From positions 1 through 64,000 of IMG/VR virus record IMGVR_UViG_3300008261_000125: a stretch of DNA of 64,000 nucleotides, one strand, 5' to 3'. The notes under the pieces were generated by a model. The model did no database searches and was not told the DNA's origin. It saw only the letters and a list, made by a program, of their open reading frames with translations. The position numbers and the translations under genes are program-made. Position 1 is the first letter of the stretch. The number at the start of each line of letters is the position of its first letter. Shown piece by piece: positions 57,766 through 64,000 of the stretch. The DNA is from a virus.

Positions 57766-60189
57766 TTAAATATCATCAAGCCAATTAGTAGATTCCCCAC
57801 CATCTTGGTACTTTAAATTTGGTTTATATCTTCTTTTACCAGAAGGTCCATAAATAGTTTCATTTCTTAACATAATATCATTTATGCTAGTTTGAATATT
57901 TTTAGATGTAAATCTTTTTAAACCTTTTTGACCACCTTTTTTAAACTCATCTTCATACTCATCCAACCATTCTCCACCTTCTTCTTTCTTCATTCTTTTT
58001 TTAGCTTGATTTAAGAGTTTTAAATCTTTAGGTCTTTTACTATCAATTACCATAAGTGTATCAGGATTAGGAAACATCTTATTTATTTTATCATAAGAAT
58101 TATCTCCAACATTTACACAACCATAAGAACCACATCTTAATTTAGGATCTGCTTGTCTTAATAATTCTAATCTTTTATTATACTCAACATCATCAGCATT
58201 ATAAGCATCATCTGCATAAAGTCTGTGAAAAGCTAAATTAGCAGCACTAGGAGCTGCTTGCCCATATGCAGGAATTGGATTTAAATATCTAATTTTAGAT
58301 TTATAATTAACATCTTCATCATCACCTTTAACAGGAGTTAATTGTTTTTCTAAATTATAATAACCTACTGGAGTACCTCTTAATTTACGGTTTTGTGCTA
58401 GTTGCTCTACAGTATATGGGTTTACATTTAAATCAGGGTTAGCACCTGTCATTACATTAAAAGAAAGTGTTTTACCATTATCTCCTACTGCATAAGCAAT
58501 GTTAGTTCTTTTATCAACTACTACTCCAGATTGAGGTATCTTTCTATTGTCTTTATAAACTATAGGATATTTTTCTCCTGAAGCTAATCTGTTATCATAA
58601 TATTCAGGATGATAACCACCTCCTACTTGATACTCATCTAACCATCCTCCATTTTTAAAAGTTTTTGATAAACTTAAACCCTGATAATCTGGAGAAATAT
58701 TTGCCCCTATAGATATATCATTATTTAATTGATAATTTGCACCCACATATGGATTTATAATACCTGTTTGTTCAAATGTTTTAATAGGTATATAATTTCC
58801 AATATTACCTGTTAGTTTTCCTTTACCAAAAGATAATCCTAAATCTTTATATGATTCTCCTAACCAGTTCATATTTTCATTCCATCCTTCTAATAATTTA
58901 TTTTCTGAAAGGTTAAATTTTGGAATAATATCTATTTGTCTTGGTTTATTATGTATATTATTTATACCTCCTTTTTGCATATGAGTATGAGTCTTAGTGT
59001 TCTGTCCACCAAAAGGATAATGACCTGTTATGTTAGGTAGAGAAGGATCTCCACCATAAGCTACTGTATTTAAGTCTTTAGTTTGATTATTTTTAGCTAA
59101 AGTATTAAGCATATCAATAATGGTATCATCATCATAATAAAATCTAAGATCAGAAATAGGTAGTTTAATAGATTTATTATCAAGTATAGATTTATTTACT
59201 TTTTGACCAGGCTTTAAATTAAGAGTTCTTCTAATATCCATTATTCTAGGATACATACCATCTTTATCTAAATATTTTTTTTGTTTTTCAAACTCGCTAT
59301 AAATACCAGGATATTTTTGTTTTGCTTTATCAAAAGAATCATAGACTTTATTATAATTATCATCAAAATTATAATCTCCATACATCTCTACAAATTTTTT
59401 ATCAGAATTTTGTTTCTTATCTAAATAGTTGCTCAATATAACATCCTCCATAGTTTTTTGCAAAGGGCCTGCACCATGTGTTTGTTCATGAGTAATTACT
59501 CCTGGATTATTAAAAGTATTAACCATTGATACATGGTAATTAGGTATATAAACACCAAGTTCTCCAGGATCACCTGAAAAATAAGGATTACTTGAAGAAA
59601 TATTACTAGGTGTTTTCCATCCTTGTAAAGAGTTATTATATTCTATATCATTTTGACTAACATCAGCTTTTTTTACTAACTCTCTACTAAACATTGGTAA
59701 AGCATTAAGTTTGTTTATAACTTCTTTTGTTAAAATTTTTGGATTTATATCATTAGTAAGAATATTTGACTTTAAGTTTTTACTTAATCTTTTTTGTGTT
59801 TCTGGATGCTGCAACCAATTGACTAAAAAAGGATCTACATCAGGTGCCATCTTATATGTACTTTGTACATCATCTGTATTATTCCACCAGTCACTTATAG
59901 GATTACCTTTTTGCTTACCTTTCTGAGCCATAGGTATTTCAGTAACATACTGTCCTGGAAACTGATAGTCCATACCAGGATACATCATCTGACCATAACC
60001 TAAGTCATCTTCTCCATATACAGGGTAATTTACACCCTGCATTGTTATATCATTAGAAGGAATTTTAGTTACTTGTCCAGGGTATTTCCACTGACCTAAG
60101 TTAGTATATTGTACATCATCCTTATATGGATCTGTTTTACCTTTTGGTTTAACTATGTACTCATTTCTAGGTATCTTATTCTGTTTCAT
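57766..60189 (-). CDS. Gly-Gly-punctuated cargo polyprotein with zincin-like and L,D-transpeptidase domains
   Basis: THEQTHG (59476-59490); VVVDKRTN...AFHRL...GSYGCVN (about 57990-58540); WLDEY repeats. Confidence 0.8.
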   Translation of the reverse strand: MKQNKIPRNEYIVKPKGKTDPYKDDVQYTNLGQWKYPGQVTKIPSNDITMQGVNYPVYGEDDLGYGQMMYPGMDYQFPGQYVTEIPMAQKGKQKGNPISDWWNNTDDVQSTYKMAPDVDPFLVNWLQHPETQKRLSKNLKSNILTNDINPKILTKEVINKLNALPMFSRELVKKADVSQNDIEYNNSLQGWKTPSNISSSNPYFSGDPGELGVYIPNYHVSMVNTFNNPGVITHEQTHGAGPLQKTMEDVILSNYLDKKQNSDKKFVEMYGDYNFDDNYNKVYDSFDKAKQKYPGIYSEFEKQKKYLDKDGMYPRIMDIRRTLNLKPGQKVNKSILDNKSIKLPISDLRFYYDDDTIIDMLNTLAKNNQTKDLNTVAYGGDPSLPNITGHYPFGGQNTKTHTHMQKGGINNIHNKPRQIDIIPKFNLSENKLLEGWNENMNWLGESYKDLGLSFGKGKLTGNIGNYIPIKTFEQTGIINPYVGANYQLNNDISIGANISPDYQGLSLSKTFKNGGWLDEYQVGGGYHPEYYDNRLASGEKYPIVYKDNRKIPQSGVVVDKRTNIAYAVGDNGKTLSFNVMTGANPDLNVNPYTVEQLAQNRKLRGTPVGYYNLEKQLTPVKGDDEDVNYKSKIRYLNPIPAYGQAAPSAANLAFHRLYADDAYNADDVEYNKRLELLRQADPKLRCGSYGCVNVGDNSYDKINKMFPNPDTLMVIDSKRPKDLKLLNQAKKRMKKEEGGEWLDEYEDEFKKGGQKGLKRFTSKNIQTSINDIMLRNETIYGPSGKRRYKPNLKYQDGGESTNWLDDI

Positions 60190-63100
60190 TATCTTGGAGA
60201 ATTAAGGTTCTTAGTATTAGCTATCATTACCAACATTTTGTAATTCATAGATTGGTTTAACACAACTGCTTTTCTTAATAAAACAGAAGTAGTATAATGT
60301 CTGAATTTTTTTCTTTGAAATGGAGCTTTGTTATAATCTAGATTAAAAGTATTTAATACTCTATGGTATCCATTAGCACCTGTGTTCCAAATAGGTCTTT
60401 GAGCAAATCCAGGAATAGTTGGGTTATAATATTCCCCTCTATCTTTAGTAGTATCCCAGAATTGATTGAATCTATATTTGTTTTCTTCCTTAGAGAATAG
60501 AACATTTATGTTAGTTGGATTGATGATTGGATACTGAAGTATTGCAGTTGGATTCTGTTTAGGATTAAGAACTAACTTCAATAATCCTGAAGTTTGTTCA
60601 GTATTATATATAATAGCTTCATTAAAATTATAATCCAATACATGGAATCTATCATAACAGTTTGGTGCATATTTGTATGCTTCCATAATATATTCAATAC
60701 TTCTTAAAGATGTAACATCTTGAGCAGTATTAACCATAAACTCTACTTCAAATGGTTGATCAATATTGTAATAGTTACAATATAAATCACATCTTTGATT
60801 ATGAATCCATATACCTCTAAGATCATTAGGGTTAGTAGTCATGAAAGTATTTTTACCAGGAAGTGTTAATGATGGATGCCAATCATGGTACCCAATCCAA
60901 CCATCAGTTTTAGGATCATAACTTATAGTCCATGATGCATCATCAAAGTATAATTGCCATAAAGTATCTACAGGATCACCTAGTTTAAATAGTAATTGTG
61001 TAGAAAGTACTTTGAATACATTTGAACTACCAGTGTATTGTATTAAGTTTTTAAACTCAGGTTTGAGTTTGTAATCCTTCTTACTAAAGTATAATATACC
61101 ATCTTGATTATTATACATAGATTGACAACCAATACCAATAACAGGGTTATCAATAAGTTCAAAATCAGGAAAGTCTTTTGTTAATACATAAGGTAAGTAT
61201 TGAGCAAACCACCATTTCATATTCATGTTGGATACCTCTTTAATACCACCTTGTAAAGAGAATACTTTACCTTGGTTTTGACTAATCCAATACAATCCTG
61301 CTGGAGTATTTATTACACTTAATCTATTTTGACAAGATGCATACTCATGAGAACTATCTACATTAATAAGTGCTTGCATTGGTTGAGAGAATAATCCTCC
61401 ATCACCAATAGTAAGTTTAGTTCCTAAACCTGTTTCTAATTGATCTGTTCCTTGAAACTGAACTGGACTAGCAGCATCAAAGAATATCATAGCACCACTT
61501 TTATTTACTGGTTTAATACATGTTACTACATTGTCAAAATCATTATAGTTACTCGGTAGGAAGACCAACCATCCATCCTTTAAACTTTCATATTGAGCAG
61601 GTAAAGAATAAACAGCTCTTGTTGGTTTATATACATAACATGTTTCAGCAATATATGGATCATAACTAATAGGTTGACTACTAGCCCATGATACATAATT
61701 AGAAAACATTTTAGATATACTTAATGAAAAATCATATTTATAATAGTTACCTGATTTAATAATACTAGTTTTAAATAAATCTTTAGTATCACTTCCTTCA
61801 TATGGATCATAAAACTTTTGTTCTTCTAAAGCACCATAATCTCTATAGGCAGTATTAATTTCACTTTCAACAAAGAAATCTCTTACACCAGATTTAAATA
61901 AATAAAACCATCCTTTTACATCAAACCTAAACGAGTTAGGTGAAAAACCTGAAATTGCAGCATTAAAACCTTCACCATCTAGTACATAATAACTACTAGG
62001 AACAATTGAAGGTTCACTTTGTCCAAAAGTAGCTAATTGTGAAAAAAAACTACTAGTAAAATCACTTGTTTGAAACTGATTAAAGTTAGCCCAATACTTA
62101 GGATAAGGTATCATTACATGCTGCGTGTAATCTAACTGAGCACCATCTGGTTGACCCTCTAACCAATCATAAAAGTATAAGAAAGTATTTTTTTCTGTAT
62201 ATCTGTTTACATAAGTATCACCACCAAATAGTGTAGTTGTAGAAGATCCTGTACTATAACAAGGACTTACAGGTACTTGAACTATATTATTTAATTGACT
62301 ATACTGATTTTTAATTCTAACTTTTAAAGCACCATAATGAGAAGCACATCTGGTTTCAAAAATTTTATTAACCATGTCTTCTACTTTTGTAATATTACTA
62401 GGTTTTATAATACCAGATCTAGAATTATCTCCTGTTGGTACTGGTAGTTTATTAGTTGATATTGTTTCAAATGTAACAGTTCTTTGTCTATATAGATTGT
62501 TTATTTGTAAATTAGGATTTAATGATACTATTTCAGGATTAATATAAAATGCATTATCAATTTCACTTCTAAATGTATTAGCTTTATTTACATTGTCAAA
62601 TTCATTATAAAACCCATGAGAATGGTATCTTAATGCAAAGTCTCTATATCTAATAATTGCTCTAATTAATCTTATAATAGAATCAGTTCCTTCAGAAAAA
62701 TAGTTTAAAAACATTGGTATTTTGTATATTATTCCTGCTCCTCCTAAACCATCTAAATAACCATCAGTTTTATTAACTTCTAAATCTGGTATTGAAGCTG
62801 CTAAAACACCTGAAGCCGACATTGCAGCAGAATAATAAGCTATATTTTTTTGAGTAGCATTTGGAACTAATGGTACTAATGCACCAATTGTATTTGAAGC
62901 TAAGGCTTCATCAGCTAATATTGTTCCTACTAATCCTAAATTTACTCCAGTAACTGGGGGGTTTACTAATAAATAACTTGGTGATAATAACCCACTAGAT
63001 GTACCAGCTGCTAATACATCATTATAATGACCAGATGTAGAAAGAGTGGTGCTAAATTTTTTACTACTTTGTCCTTGAGCTGCTTGAGCTGCTATTACTA

Positions 63101-63998
63101 AACCACCTATAGCTGAAATTATAAAAGATAAATTAGTAATTAGTTTTTCTTTAGGATGTTCTTCAGAATATTCATATTTACCTCTTACACCCCCTTTTAT
63201 TGTACCATAGAGTTTAAATTCTTTAGCAGATAAAAATGGATTATTAAAGTTAGTTTCAGGAGAGTGAAAAGTATAATAAGGATTATCAAAACTAGAACCA
63301 GGTATTGGTATATTAGCATTTATATTTCCATTACTATAAGAAGTTAATGTTGAACTTAAAAATGGATTATTGCCTAAATCATTATATGGATAATTTGGAA
63401 ATAAACCATTTTTTGTACTATTTGGTATAGCATATCTACACATGTTATTAATCATACCTTTGGCAATAATTGTTCTATTACCATTTCTAGTACCTCTTAA
63501 TATTTCATATCCTATAATACCTGGAATAGGTTGACCACTATTATCTACAGGAGGTTTGACTTTTTCAAACTTAACTCCCATTATTCTTATTTTATCTCCA
63601 TTACCACTATTAAATAATACTGTATTTGAACTAGTATTATCTTCAGGAAACTTATGATGTCTTATAGGTTTTCCACATAAATCATAATCATCAATTTGAG
63701 TACTGCTGTAAGGAAAGCTAGTAACTGCTGACCAAGTATGAGCACTTGCATTCCAAATTTGTGGTTTGTTATCTGGGTAGTTTTCACTTGATTGCCAATA
63801 ACCCATATAACCTTCAGCAATGACTACACCACCATCTGGTAAAACATTAGCACCTAAAGGTGGAGGTAATGGAAAAGTAGCAGTTTCAGTAGCTGTATTG
63901 TAAGTTTCAAATACGTATTCATCTCCTTCTAATGCATTACTTGCTCCAAAACTCCAAGCTGAATCTTCTTTAGCAGAAGGTCCACCAGGAATTGAATA
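60189..63998 (-). CDS. large tail structural protein (crAss-like tail stabilization/muzzle type), 5'-truncated by the window
   Basis: Frame stays open to the window edge; beta-rich; PIRHHKFP, FGGDTY and WTISYD...WIGYHDW. Confidence 0.65.
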   Translation of the reverse strand, partial: YSIPGGPSAKEDSAWSFGASNALEGDEYVFETYNTATETATFPLPPPLGANVLPDGGVVIAEGYMGYWQSSENYPDNKPQIWNASAHTWSAVTSFPYSSTQIDDYDLCGKPIRHHKFPEDNTSSNTVLFNSGNGDKIRIMGVKFEKVKPPVDNSGQPIPGIIGYEILRGTRNGNRTIIAKGMINNMCRYAIPNSTKNGLFPNYPYNDLGNNPFLSSTLTSYSNGNINANIPIPGSSFDNPYYTFHSPETNFNNPFLSAKEFKLYGTIKGGVRGKYEYSEEHPKEKLITNLSFIISAIGGLVIAAQAAQGQSSKKFSTTLSTSGHYNDVLAAGTSSGLLSPSYLLVNPPVTGVNLGLVGTILADEALASNTIGALVPLVPNATQKNIAYYSAAMSASGVLAASIPDLEVNKTDGYLDGLGGAGIIYKIPMFLNYFSEGTDSIIRLIRAIIRYRDFALRYHSHGFYNEFDNVNKANTFRSEIDNAFYINPEIVSLNPNLQINNLYRQRTVTFETISTNKLPVPTGDNSRSGIIKPSNITKVEDMVNKIFETRCASHYGALKVRIKNQYSQLNNIVQVPVSPCYSTGSSTTTLFGGDTYVNRYTEKNTFLYFYDWLEGQPDGAQLDYTQHVMIPYPKYWANFNQFQTSDFTSSFFSQLATFGQSEPSIVPSSYYVLDGEGFNAAISGFSPNSFRFDVKGWFYLFKSGVRDFFVESEINTAYRDYGALEEQKFYDPYEGSDTKDLFKTSIIKSGNYYKYDFSLSISKMFSNYVSWASSQPISYDPYIAETCYVYKPTRAVYSLPAQYESLKDGWLVFLPSNYNDFDNVVTCIKPVNKSGAMIFFDAASPVQFQGTDQLETGLGTKLTIGDGGLFSQPMQALINVDSSHEYASCQNRLSVINTPAGLYWISQNQGKVFSLQGGIKEVSNMNMKWWFAQYLPYVLTKDFPDFELIDNPVIGIGCQSMYNNQDGILYFSKKDYKLKPEFKNLIQYTGSSNVFKVLSTQLLFKLGDPVDTLWQLYFDDASWTISYDPKTDGWIGYHDWHPSLTLPGKNTFMTTNPNDLRGIWIHNQRCDLYCNYYNIDQPFEVEFMVNTAQDVTSLRSIEYIMEAYKYAPNCYDRFHVLDYNFNEAIIYNTEQTSGLLKLVLNPKQNPTAILQYPIINPTNINVLFSKEENKYRFNQFWDTTKDRGEYYNPTIPGFAQRPIWNTGANGYHRVLNTFNLDYNKAPFQRKKFRHYTTSVLLRKAVVLNQSMNYKMLVMIANTKNLNSPR

Positions 63999-64000
63999 TG

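Noticed and set aside
54340-58540. Diversity-generating retroelement template/variable repeat pair
   Set aside because: No reverse transcriptase in the window; both copies are coding and their differences are not confined to adenines.
22638-59926. Short + strand ORFs inside the giant - strand genes (22638, 25854, 28034, 29477, 29810, 30684, 31357, 32650, 38890, 39592, 40183, 44031, 55451, 56011, 59711)
   Set aside because: Antisense shadows of biased codon usage, rich in S/L/F/I and with no motifs.
1-64000. Stop-codon reassignment (TAG/TGA recoding)
   Set aside because: ORFs up to about 3600 aa are uninterrupted under code 11 and coding density is already high.
1-64000. tRNA genes, CRISPR arrays, integrase, inteins
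   Set aside because: No cloverleaf, repeat-spacer array, recombinase motif or intein termini recognised by eye; intergenic space is minimal.

Overview
This is a 64-kb, AT-rich, CpG-poor segment of a large Bacteroidota-infecting dsDNA phage, most consistent with a crAss-like (Crassvirales-type) podovirus using standard code 11. The + strand (1-21284) is a replication/early block: a broken SF2 helicase, ClpS, a NinB-like protein, UDG, DnaB, a RecT-like annealing protein, SSB, primase, a GIY-YIG protein, a metallopeptidase-vWA plus AAA module interrupted by a group I intron carrying a LAGLIDADG endonuclease, a PD-(D/E)XK exonuclease, PolB and nucleotide pyrophosphatases. It meets the - strand block (21320-64000) at a bidirectional terminator. 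The - strand encodes a tail protein (truncated by the window edge), Gly-Gly-punctuated cargo polyproteins with two L,D-transpeptidase domains, and four giant putative ejected proteins including the virion RNA polymerase. Main observations: (1) the four giant proteins are almost Cys-free except for Cys at exactly the adjacent C- and N-termini, suggesting a head-to-tail linked ejection chain; (2) about 30 xxxGG motifs divide the cargo proteins into modules, like a protease-processed polyprotein; (3) NADAR, ASCH, PNK and other domains sit as cassettes between short DNA direct repeats in the injected proteins; (4) several genes lack a conserved motif (RNAP catalytic DxDxD loop, PolB ExoII, helicase motif Ia), which may be assembly lesions. 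All family calls come from reading motifs by eye; no searches were run.
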